Assembly: GCA_965112155.1 (NCBI GenBank)
Contig: OZ218106.1
Direction: 5' to 3' (one strand)
Source: Podarcis liolepis
Lineage: Eukaryota
Length of the DNA stretch: 64,000 bases
Shown: positions 35,461 to 47,600 of the stretch, in pieces
Layout of the letters: each line of letters opens with the position of its first letter
How positions within the stretch are numbered: the first letter of the stretch is position 1
Position numbers and translations under genes: made by a program
Notes under the pieces: model-generated
Seen by the model: the letters and a program-made list of their open reading frames with translations, nothing else
Database searches by the model: none
Told to the model about the DNA's origin: nothing

Positions 35461-38400
35461 AAAATCCAAAAAGAATTATCCACTTCACACTCTTAAATAT
35501 TTTAAAAGCCACTGATGATCTTATGTTCGTCCCTGCTTATTTCTGTGTCTTGGAGATTAGAACTCTTTGTACCAAAACAGCATTCCAATTATATTAGAAT
35601 TTTCCTAGATGAGAGGAGTTACATAATATCAACTCATGTCCCATAATTTTAAGGAATTATGTGATTTTTCTAAGAAAAGCAATGGTAGTAGAGGCCAAAT
35701 CAGTAACACAAAAACAGAGGCAACATTGCTATTTGAATGCAACCACACAGAGGCAGCTTCATGTGCCAAGCTCTTTATGTAAAGTGGCTCCGTGCATAAT
35801 TTTTCACCCAGCAAATAATGCAGTGCTTGGAATGAAATAGTTTGGTTTACCAAAGTTCACTGAATTAGTACAACAATCTCTGAATTACACCTGAAAGTAA
35901 GTCCCCATAGTTGCCGAGTGAGCTGAATGTGCATTAAGTTCATTTTGGGGTTGTGTTGTTGTTGTTGTTTTTACTCTTTGGACACTTCAGGCCTTTAGGC
36001 TTAAAGATCATAATTGTTGGGGAAATCATAGACTCACAGAACCGTAGAGCTGAAAGGGACCCAAAGGGCCATATATTCCCATACCCTGCACTACAGGAAT
36101 GTCAGCTTCAGCTGCCTAAAGCCTGGAGGGTCCAGGCAGCTGGCATGAACAGTACTGGGCAATTCACATTCCATCGTGCGTGTATGTTTTGATATTTTAT
36201 TACTCTTAAGTATATTCTGTACTTGTAACATTCTGAATGCTGAAAACAAAATTCTGAGGATCATTTGGGTGAACTGGAATTAACTGCGAACTTCAACGTG
36301 AACCAAACTAGTTCTGCAAATGAATGAATGTGAAGTGAAATTAGTTTATTTCTGGAAATGTTGAACTTGAACTAAATGAGCTTTCTGAGCTGTAACATTA
36401 TCCCAAGAGAAAACAAAAAAAATGAGTGCATAAGTGTGTCAATGTGAGGAAAAATCAACAGAAACATGGAAGGAATCATTTCCCCACACTGAGTTAAGTC
36501 TCTTCTTCCACAACCATCACAGAAACACAGTGGGCCTGTGTTGTGGAAACAGATTGCTCCATCCTTTTCCACCAGCCCACTTCTTAGATAGCAATTTATT
36601 TATTACTAAGCTCTTAAGAGGCCTGCATTTTCATGGTGGCTGCAAAGGAGGTGGCAAGTATGGGAATGCAGGCCAGTGGACTTTTGTGCGTGTTAGAGCG
36701 GTGGCTTTTCACAGCAGAAAATGCCTCTTGCCTTGCACACATATTTAATGAGCAAGCAGGTGCCACTGATTTAGTCCCAGGTAATTTCTGCTGTATTCAT
36801 GGGGACTTACACCTGAGTAAATATGCTCTGAATTGGGTTGCGAAGTGCCTTGCTTCTACCCAAAGTCAATGTCATATTCCTGAGTGAAATTTTAGCCTCC
36901 GAAAACTGAACCCTAAATGCTATGAAGCATGACAGCTTGGAGCTTCTTCCTGTCCTGTGCTTGGTTACATTTTGCCTCCCACAACAGGTCTGTGTGGGTG
37001 TTATGTGCATGTGCATAAGCAACCTGCAGGATTTAGCAGTACAGATCACAGAAGCACACTTTCGGAAGAGGAAATGCAAAGTAGATAATTGCCAGAGTGA
37101 TTGATACAAAGATACATATTTTACTGTCTTTAATTTTTTGTACTTTTAGGGTAAAATGTATCGAACGCACACACACAAAATTTCAGGTGCTATCAGGAGC
37201 TTTCAATTAATGATCGGAATGTGTCAGGGATTCTGCTGGCATACCTGCCACCCTACTACCCATCCGTCTCCCTGCCTGACCTGGTCTCAGGTGTGGTGTT
37301 AGTGAATGCTTAGGCAATAAAGCAATAGGCCCTGCCAGCAATTCATTTTTCTGTGTGGCAAGGATCTTCTCTGGCTGCAAGAGCGAAGCTCTCAACAGCT
37401 CTCAACTGCAAGCGTGTGGAGAGGGGTGAGGGTCAGGTAACCACTTCAAGTGCAATCTGGCCATCTCTGCCTATAGGGAATGTGAAGACGGGGGAGTTTC
37501 TTCCCTCCTTCAGATTCCAAACAGACAAAGGGAGGCCAGCTATAATATGCACTGATGCACTCTGTATATCCCCACTCACCACTAATTGCAGAGGTGTAAT
37601 TAGTAATAATATAGTAACTCCAAGTGTTCATGACAAAACTGATTCTGCCATGGGTCAGCATGCCCGGTCTACTGCTGAATGGACCTTAGAGAGGAAAGGC
37701 AGAGAACTACGGAGGGCTCAGCTTTCTTCACCTGCAAGTCCCTTCTGCAGTAAACAAATCGGACCATCCCGTCGTATACTGGGACCAGATGAATAAACAA
37801 ACATGGTTGCCACAATTACGGAGTTGCACAAGGCCTCATCTGAACCAGGAATGTCTCTTAGGAGATATCCAAGCTTCCTGAATCATCTTGTGCTCCCTGA
37901 AACAGGGAGCTTTACCTGAAATTCAGATGAGCACCATTTTAGCCCTAGTTTGGAATTCCTATCATTTCCCTGTAACACCTTAAGATACCTTAATTGAATT
38001 ACATACGGTCCAATTTTCTTAATACAGAGACAGGCTCTGAGTGATCTGTGCTAGAGGAGAGAGGTGAGGCAAAAGAGATTAGTGAGTGGAGTGATGATTG
38101 GAAGTGGCAGGGTAATCAATAGGCCCCAGTTCAGAGGGTGAACTGACAAAATTCAGCTGCACTCTGAATGCTATACATTCACTGGCATAAACTCTCCAAG
38201 TGAGATTGGGATGTAGGAGGAATGCTACCAAGTCAGATGATTAAAACCCATTTTTCTTCTCTAACTGTCCTTTAAAAATATTATTCCATTTCTCCACCCC
38301 ACCTCTTATTCAGCCCCTCTTATATTTGAAACATGCAATGAATTTCAGATGAAATGTATTAAAAAGCGCTTAGATGCCATGGTGATAGGCACATTATAAA

Positions 38401-39955
38401 TACCATAGAATAGAGGAGATGAGATAGACAGATTTAAGCACACAGTGAATTCCACATGAAAGATATTAAAATAAAGCTAAAAGGTAAAAAAAAAAAATCA
38501 AATCCATTAATAGGAATATTCTGCAATATACTCAGCCATTCAGTTAAAGGCATTGGTTCCAGAGAGATCAGTGAAAGCTCCTGCCAGTGGCTTCAACTTA
38601 ACATCTCTGGACAGCTTCTGCAGTCACTCCCCATACAACATTTCTAGTGCATTTGCTGGAGTCTAGCAAAGAAAGCAGTGGCTCAAAGATCCGAATGTTA
38701 ACGGGAAAGTTTCATATTATTTAATGCAAGGGGGAAAGCTCATAGTCTTCCAAAGCAAACAGGAAATTTTCTCTCTCTCATATCTCTCACCCACTGGTAT
38801 TAATATGAGAGGCAGACGTGCCACTATCGTCATGGTAGCAAATGTTGAGGGTGACATCAGGTTGGGAAAGTTTTATCAGGGGCAGGGGGCGGAAATGGGT
38901 GGGTATGACATAGACATATACTAGATTTAAATATACAATTGATTCCTCTAGTAATAATTGGTGGAAAGGAGCTAGTCAAGGACCTGCATAGTACTAAGTA
39001 TTTGACATACAGCTCAGAAATCCTTTATTTAGATATGTGCTCGCTGGAAAGGTTCAGCAGGTCAGTTTCTTTCTCTCTGCTTGGGCCTTGTTCCTCATTT
39101 GTAACAATGAGACCCACCAAACTGCAGGAGCTAAGTATATGGCACTGACTCTCTGGCAAGCGTGTTTAGGACTGCAGGTGGGCAAAACAATCCTAGCAAG
39201 AGGGTGCAGAAGGTGAAGAGTACATCACTTACGTTGTGATGTGTGGTCTGTGGCTTGGCTTGCTTTCTTGCAATATATGCACTGTACTTGGTGGTGTCCT
39301 GCTTTTTGACTGTGACACAGCTGTAATCTGGGTTGTATTGGGTCAGTGATGGCTTGGCATCATGGGTGCATAGTATTGCTTGGTGGCAGGCAACTTGCAA
39401 ACACATGCAACAGGGGAACACGTCAGACTGGTAGTGTTTTCTGTGGTCTCCTGTGCGCACTAGACGCACCAGGCTCTACCACTTGGCCTGCCAGGTTCCA
39501 CTGGCACAAGCAGCTTGCCTTGGGGGGATGGGCAGACCCTGCTTTTTTGGAAGCATAAGATGGTCAACAGTGTAGTGTTCCAACATCTGCCACACAGGAC
39601 AATATTACTAAAATGGTTACAGTTCTCTACTCGGCCCTTTATTTACAACAGGAGAAAACACAATGGTGACATCGTGCTGCGCTAAGCACATTTTTTTGTT
39701 TACCAACACAAGACCAGTTTGCTTGAAAAGGACAGCGTTGTGTCCCTGACACAGAAGCAGCTGTGAAACATCTAAACAAGATGACATGAAAGAGTCTATG
39801 TTGCCCAAACTGCAGGCTGAATCTGTTGAGGTCCAGAGAAACACTTATTAAGTGATCATGTATGACCTTTCATGAAGTCATCATGTCATGTTGACCAGCT
39901 GCTCAAATTTCAGAGTTCAGTGCTGAAGTCCACCCCTCCTTTTGTTTTTGTAATA

Positions 39956-40215
39956 AAGTGGTACCTTGGGATGCGAACGGGATCCGTTCCAGAGCGCCGC
40001 TCGCATCCTGAATAGAACGTAAGTCGCAACTGCACGTCTTCACATGAGTGGGTCGCATTTCGCCGCTTCTGCGCATGTGCATGACATCATTTTGACCGTC
40101 TGAGCATGCCCGAGCGGCAAAACCCGGAAGTAACGTGCTCCGTTACTTCCAGGTCGCCGTGGAGCGCAACCCGAAAATACTTATCCTGAAGCATATTTAT
40201 CTTGAGGTATGACTG
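39956..40215. mobile_element. Tc1/mariner (Tigger-like) MITE
   Basis: TA|AAGTGGTACCTTGG...TTGAGGTATGACTG|TA, so a TA TSD. CpG-rich interior shares AACGGATCC and GCGGCAAAxCCCGGAAGTA motifs with the 53713 element. Confidence 0.8.
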
Positions 40216-43066
40216 TACTAGAAAGTTGTGTGGTTGTTGTTTTTCTCCCACAGTAGCACAAATGAACACTGTGGCAAGTGAGTGAGGAAATGCAGGTGAA
40301 GACTTGACACTCTGCTCTCCTGACTCTCTCTTTTTTCCTGTTTCTGCTGGATTGACCTAAACAGAAATAGATTCAAAACAGTATCACTATATGGATTTTA
40401 TATCAAAGGATTGTACCATATAGTACATTTTTTCATATATGAAATCAACACCGCACACCCATGTGTGGTGCATGATATTCTCATGTTTGAGCTCTTAAAT
40501 GTTATAGCTATTAACTATAGTGTAGCCAGTTATCTTTATATATTTGAGTGAAAAGCTGAAGAAGATGCAGATTGAGCTTGGGAGACCTAATTATCTTTTG
40601 TTTTCTAAACGTGAACTGTTTAGTTTCTAAATCCTGTCTGTATGTATTGGTGTCTGACTATTGTTTGTACATTACATTTAATATGGGGAAGAGAAAGTGG
40701 AAATAATACAATTCTTTTACTAGAAGGGGCATGGATCTAGTGTGAAGTATGAACTCAAGTCATAACATTTAACTTATGTGATTGGTATAGTTTTCTGGAA
40801 TCACCATAAGGTGGTATTTTAAGATTTCAGAGGTTTATATACTACTTTGTGTGACATATACATAAGGCCTCTGGATAGAAATTCAACTTTTGCAGCTAGG
40901 ACATCAAGGGGAACATCTGATTGTAAGAAGTGGACAGAACTGTCCGCTTTGTTTTGCTGGTGTGGAGACTGTCAAGGGAGCATGACAAGGTGCTATGTTT
41001 TGGAAGGTAAGATTTATTTTTGTTCATAGAAAGGCTGAAGTTTAAAGGCCTTTGTTGCCTTATTTTATCTCTGTTTCTATTTATTAATCTCTACGTGGTG
41101 TTAAAAGGAACTTTTATAGGAATATGAAGCTTGGAACACCTGCCAAAGAGTTCTAATATAGCCCACACATGAGCAGCTTTTTACTGTATGTTAGTGCCAC
41201 ACTTTATAAAGCAGCATTTGATTTTTACATTACACACTGTAATGAAAAGTTTACCAAACCTTATTTTTAACTACCTCATAACCCTGGCTGTTTCTAAACA
41301 TGTTGCAGTAAGATAGCTAATTCTTACACCCTGAAAAAAAGAAAATTCCGTACAGATTTTTGTAATTCACGAATTGTGGTGCCGACATTTACCCTTCACA
41401 ATGAACTGTGTGTGGGGAGGGGATATGAATAATCAAGAACATACACACATGCACTAAATATATACACTGGGGTGGGTAGTGGCAGGGAAATGCAGGGAAC
41501 ACATCAAGTGCTTATCTCAAGTGCTTATCTGGTCAAGAAGGGTCCCTAAACCCAGCTTATAACAATGGCAAAGCAAAGAAACAATATGACAGTCTTAATC
41601 AGAACACTGAATTTAGAGCACATGGGAGAAGTAATGTCTCTATTCTGTACATGCAAAGCAGCAGTATATCCACCCTTCTTCACATGGGAAAAGGCTGTCT
41701 ATTTCCAAAGAATCAATGGCTATTAGGAGTTCCCGCACCCATCTTCTCTCTCCTGCCTAACCAACCTCCCTCAAAAAGGATGGGGGGGAGAGAACAGACA
41801 GCTCCTCTTTCTTCAGCTTTTAACAGCTTTGGGAGGTCAGGATGCTATTGGTTCAGCTTTGTGTGCGATATGGAGCTGTTCACTTAGCAACAGCAAGCAG
41901 AAGAAGCAGACAGCCACACCACCTGGTTCAGTGAGCGTCTGAGTGGTTTAAAAGATTTGCTCTTCTACCGCACAGAAACAACTTGGCTCCGAGAAACATT
42001 CAGCATCTCCTGGGGCATCAGGGAGGGATGTGGTGTCCAGCACCTTGAGTTAACATGCCCAGAGAAAGGAGCCTTGACACAGCACAATTCACTGTTAATA
42101 ACAGGAGGCCTTAAAGCTGACGGAAAGTAACTTGGTAGAGCACATTTTAACGTAGCATGCAAAAGCACAATCTCTTGGCCCAGAAAAAGAAAATCAAGAG
42201 GAACAGATGTTAAGAGAAAAAGATGTGGACAAAATTATTACTAACGGTTTTCATAAACCACTAGCAGTTTGTTTCAATGTTCCTTGTCCAAAGCAGCTTC
42301 TCTCCAGGAAACAACATGGAAAGTTCATCAGTCTTCAAATTTTACATTCCAACCCATATCTCTTATCACATTATATTTTACTCCCTTGTTTTCTGGATTG
42401 TTTTGTTTTATCAGAGAAAGGCGAACTCTGAAATGCACTAGGAAAAAATAACCCAATCACAAAGAGATTCTCTCATCTAAACCTAACTTTCAAAATGACA
42501 CCATCATCCTCATCTACACATCAGTTCTCATAAACGAATAATCTCATTACCTAACAGTTAACCCCACACAGTCCAATACATGGGGTGACTTAGAATCTGT
42601 TTGCACCTGCTGTTCTTCAACATGCTGCAGCTTATCATGATCCTCTCCCTTGTGAAAAAAGGCACTAACTTTTCCACAATATTCCTTCAGATGTCTATAC
42701 AGGTGTAGCAGAAATGTACACCCTCATCCTTTATGGTAAATCTATTTTTTTTTTAAAAAAAGTGACAGGAGGCGGCATTTTAGGAAGAGAGATTATATAT
42801 GGACAGCAAAACAAAACAACAAAGAAGTTGAACAAGGATACAGTGGTAGTCTGGTCCAGACCTACCCACAGCCAGATCTACACTAGTCTTTGTCAGCGGA
42901 CTGGCAGAAGCCACCTTATCATGTGCAGTCCCAGTGACTGGCTCCCTAAGGGATGCCTTTTATAAACCATGTTAACATGGATACTTGAAGGGTCCCTTCT
43001 AGTATCCAGGTCCTAACCTGCCAAGGGCTTTAAATTAGGGGCAGTGACACTCCAGATGTTGTTAGA

Positions 43067-43264
43067 GGAAGGGTTGGAGCTCATCAGCAGAGAACCTGCT
43101 TTTTGTGCAGAAGGGTCCCGGTTCAATCCCCAGCACCTCCAGGTATGGCTGAAAGACGGCCCCGCCTGAAATTATTGAGAGTCGCTGCAAGTCAACGTAG
43201 ATAACATTGTGCTAGATGGACCAACGGGCTGACTCAGGATAAGGCAGCTTTCTATCACCCTATG
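43067..43264 (+). mobile_element. Squam3-like SINE nested in a palindromic MITE (about 43035-43362)
   Basis: GGTCCCGGTTCAATCCCCAGCACCTCCAGGTA...GACTCAGGATAAGGCAGCTTTCTAT. The MITE halves CAGATGTTGTTAGA and TTCCCATCAG...GATGGGAGCTGTAATCC rejoin across it. Confidence 0.75.
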
Positions 43265-44169
43265 CTAGATTCCCATCAGCCTCAAACAGCATGGTCAATG
43301 GTCAGGGATGATGGGAGCTGTAATCCAGGAACATCTGAAGGACCACAAGTTCCTCATCCTTGCCTTAAAGGCTAAACAAACCAGTAGCCTGGGCTATTTC
43401 TGGTTCAGCTTATACTATACATGTAAGCAATTGCTCGTGTAAGCAGTAAGTCCTCTTTATTAACTCTCATTTGACCACAATTAAATATGTTGATGATATC
43501 ATGCTACAAATGTTTCTACCATTTTCAGTATGTTTGCTAAAGCAAGAAGACTCCGCTTGGCTATTAGTAACCTGGAAGTCCTCCTCCACCCACTCCAAGT
43601 AAGAATCCACCAACGGTGTGTTATTTTATCCTTTTAACCCTCCTTGAGAAAGTATTTTGTTAGATTTTCCTCACATTCAAAAATACAATAGACATACTAT
43701 GAAGGAGAGGAAACAGTACTTCCTCAGATAAATCATATGCAATTATATATTCAGTAGGAAAAGTAAACCCTGTAATTTTCTAAAGACAGAGAGATGTGGT
43801 GCTTGCTGAAACTCCTTTATTGAGGCTCAGCACTGCCTTCCACAATAGGCACAGTGTTTGAATTATAAGAAAGCTGTAAAGACTTCCTCCAAGGGTTAAC
43901 TCACTTAGGAGGCCACACTTACATGGGGCCAAAGCCATGTGGTCTGTAGTATGTGGGAGCCCAAGAAGTAAGTGTGTGGTTTGTGGTAGCTCAGAAAATG
44001 TGGACACAAGTATGCAATAACCACTTGGCCTGAACAAGAGGTCTCCACCTGCACCCATTCTTGCTTTCCAGAGAAGACCTTGCCCCACCTCTCACTAGAC
44101 AGGATCCAAGGAGTGTGAGACAACAGCATCTTATAGCAAATACCATAAAGGAGAATGTGTGTGATGCAT

Positions 44170-44347
44170 GTATGACAAGCATCTGCCTGGTCCCTGGCTC
44201 AATCCCTGGCATCTCCAGGTAAGGCTGGAGATGTGGAAATACTTCTGCCCAAAACCTTGTAGAACCACTGCCAGTCAGTGTAAACAACGTTGAGCTAGAT
44301 GGGCCAATGGTCTGATTCAGAATGAAGCAGCTCTCTATGTTCCTATG
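44170..44347 (+). mobile_element. Squam3-like SINE
   Basis: GGTCCCTGGCTCAATCCCTGGCATCTCCAGGTAAGGCTGG...CTGCCAGTCAGTGTAAAC...GAGCTAGATGGGCCAATGGTCTGATTCAG...CTATGTTCCTATG tail. Confidence 0.8.
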
Positions 44348-44590
44348 AACACTGTAGCCAGCTGGCTAGTTTTAGCATCATCTAGACTAGTTGGAGTCTT
44401 GCCTTCATTTAGAAGCCTGCAGTCATTGCTACCCAATGGGGAAACGTTAAATTTGGATAAGCAGTTCCAGCCCATCTCTCTGCAAAAGAAGAGCTGGCAA
44501 GTGAAGATAAAGTAATGACTCAGGAAAATTGAGAGTTCTCTTCTTCTTTTATCTTTAAGTCAAGGCAAGACAACATTGTATTCTGCTCAC

Positions 44591-44679
44591 CAAGGTCTTT
44601 TCCCAGAAAGAAAAGCTTCTTTTAAAAAGCCAGCCTGCAAATGAGCTGCCTTGTGGAAGCAGCCTGGCCAGGCATCCAT
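44591..44679 (-). other. Candidate coding part of an alternative first exon
   Basis: ATG at 44679 gives MDAWPGCFHKAAHLQAGFLKEAFLSGKRP plus 2 nt, ending at donor TTG|gtgagc. Unique sequence, no recognised homology. Confidence 0.2.
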
Positions 44680-47600
44680 GAAGCTTCTGGCCAAGCTGCA
44701 AAATGCTTCCAGTGCTCTGGCAAGCAAGATACCTGGCAGCACACAGACTGCTGCTCTGCAAAACCCCCATTCCCACATTTTTAAGTAGGTAAGAAATAGC
44801 AGGAATTCTTTTGAAGCAGCAAGAGACCCCCACTGTTTCTTCTCTGTATCTTGCCCAAATGAGGTATGACCCTGAGTCTCTCCCAAGCCTCCTGTGCATA
44901 ACAGAGAGGATGCAAGCGAGCAGACTGGTGATGACCACAAATGATGGCTGACTAGGAACATGAGCCAGCATTCATGGATCCCGCAGCATGGTGATGTTGT
45001 GGATGATCACAGGCTGCATGCCTTGCTCCCCGTTATGCCTGCATAAGTCATTGTCTTGGGTATATGAGGGTGCCAAAACAGCATTTTTTTTAAAAAAGGA
45101 AAAGGTGAATTCTTATAACCAAATAATGCCTTTTGCCCTTCGATGTGACACCTAGCTCACAGGTTTTAAAAAACAAAGCGTCACAAAGTGTTGAATTGGA
45201 AATTATACTGGGACATTTTCTTGCATTATCTGGAACACTGTACAGTACATTCATGAGAAACAAAAATGTAACCTTTTTTATTGGTGGCACCATTTGGCAG
45301 GCAGAGACGCAGTTGTTTCCCAAGTGGGATGAGATTGCGTTAAGCTATCAAGAAGAAAAGTAGAAGGTAACGTTGCCAGCTTTAAAAGAGAGAGAGAGAG
45401 AAGACATATATATTTCACCTTGGTTCTCTCCCATCCCTGAAGCTATGTATCTTTGGTTTTTTACTTCAACAACAACCGGGCAACACATCTAGCAGCAGGA
45501 TGTTGTACTAAAAACAAGATAAGTCTCTGCTTTTTTCCCTGCCATTCTTTACAGATGACAGCTCAGTACATGCCCCTGCAATGTTAGTAATATGACACTC
45601 CCATCTGCATAAGCTCAACAAGCCAACCAGCCCCAGGCTACATCTTTTTCTGCAGCAGCACAATTTCACACCCTTGCTCAGAAGCTCCAAAGAAAAGGAG
45701 TTAAGTGGATCCTCCCATCATAAATAACCAGAGTTCTAAGCAACTGCTGCTCCTTCTCAGTACATACAGCTAGGATTTAAAAAAACAAGAAATCATGGTA
45801 AAAAAGCAGCCACGTGTTTTTTCCTACCTTTAAAATGGGGTTCTTTTTGGCACCAATCCACAAAGCAATCATCTGCTATCAGGCATATATTTGTAAACAA
45901 AGCACCGTAATGCAACTTTGTCATTTTACAATTTGTCAGAAATAAAATAGCTTGCTATGCACTCCTATTTGGAAAAAGGAACAAGTGATGAGTAACTATT
46001 TGGGAAAACTGAAGCAGAGATGTGTTTTGCTTAGTACTAAAAGAGCTGCAAAGTAAAAAGTTACAAGGTTGATTCAAAACCGTCCTGTCTGAAAGCTGCC
46101 CCACCCTTTAATCCACCAGGAGATCTTTGAAAATATAATATTTTAAATACAAATACTGCAAATGGCAAGCTGCATTTTAAAAGGGCAATTCCAGCCTTTG
46201 AGTGAGAGAAGAGGAACTGGATATCATTGTTAACGACACTGGACTGGAGGTAGTGCAAAAGTATCACTTAGAAGAACATGTTTTCTTAGCATATGGTGCC
46301 GGGGGGGAGGGGAGCATGGGGATGTAATTATATGGACACTTACCTGGAAGAAAGCCCCCACTGAACACAGTGGGATTTACTTCAGAGTAAGCATGCATAG
46401 GCATGTGCTGTAAGAATCACTATCGCAATCTATTAAAAGCTGCTAGAAAGCATTTGGTGTAATAGCTGTTTCATGTCACACCAGTGGTAACAGAACAGAA
46501 GCTGAGAAAGCGTGACTGCTAGTGTCAAGCGGGCGGGAAACACAGAGAACCCAAATGCTTCAGTTTCTTTTTTAAAGCTTCAACAGCATGATCGTGCTTA
46601 TCACCTTGGCAATAGAATCCCACAAGGTAGAAGAAGAATGGCAAAAGGCTCCAGGAGTGGCAGAGTGAATCCAGTCCTGCAGATAGGCCCATTAAGACAC
46701 ACCAGTTGGAAGTTATCAAATCAGATCAACACAATTGTGGAATGCCATTCAAGGCTTTATAAATCAGCATGAAGAGATTACAGCTGATGCCCTCCTAAAC
46801 AAATAATATTGAGGCTTCACCTGTTCCACACAGATTCTTACAGCTTTATGTTTTCTTGAATTTGCTCATGCACAAAAAAACGGAAAGGAATTAATAATAA
46901 TAAAAAGCCAGCATAGCACCCAAAAACAGTGACTCAAGATCTGTTGCGTATTGTTTGGAGAACTGTTTAATGGAAAAGCTGAAGGCCAACGAAGTAGCTG
47001 CCTCTTAAGTGTCCAGGCTTTTGCTCTCCCTCAGTGGACTTTGCAGGTTACAGACCGCTACGTGGCCTTCCTTTCTCACAGTTACATTGAACTGTTTGGC
47101 TCTGGACCTAGGACAGGAACAAGCACTGCCAGCTGGGCCATCTGTCTCGTATTGCTTAGCTGCACCTTCAGGACTCAAACAATATTTTCAGGCAGCTCAT
47201 GATGACAAAGGCTGGGAACTCCTGTGAGTGAGTTCTGATAGCATCTGCCATAATGTTCTCCTTCTCTATAAACAAAGTTATGTTAGCACATAACTTTAAA
47301 GCAGCACATGCATATACACAGGTATATGTGTGTAAACTCTAGTGCACAAACAAAACAATCAGAATGGTGTGTTGGCTAGAACTGGAGGTTTCAGTGTGGA
47401 AGGAACAGAGGTAAGGTACTTTTACAAACCACTATTCCCAAACTAAATTACTTTACAGAGGTGTTGTAAGGCTGTCCTAGACACTGCTCTGAGCTTTATG
47501 GAATACATATATAATAAGAAAATAAGTAACTGGAAGATAAATGCATATTCACATACTATATATCTGCATGCCTCCATGTCTTTTAATTAAGATAAGGGTA

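Noticed and set aside
45419-45507. 89-nt minus-strand exon candidate
   Set aside because: The donor GTGAAA is mediocre and there is no supporting homology, so it cannot be told from chance.
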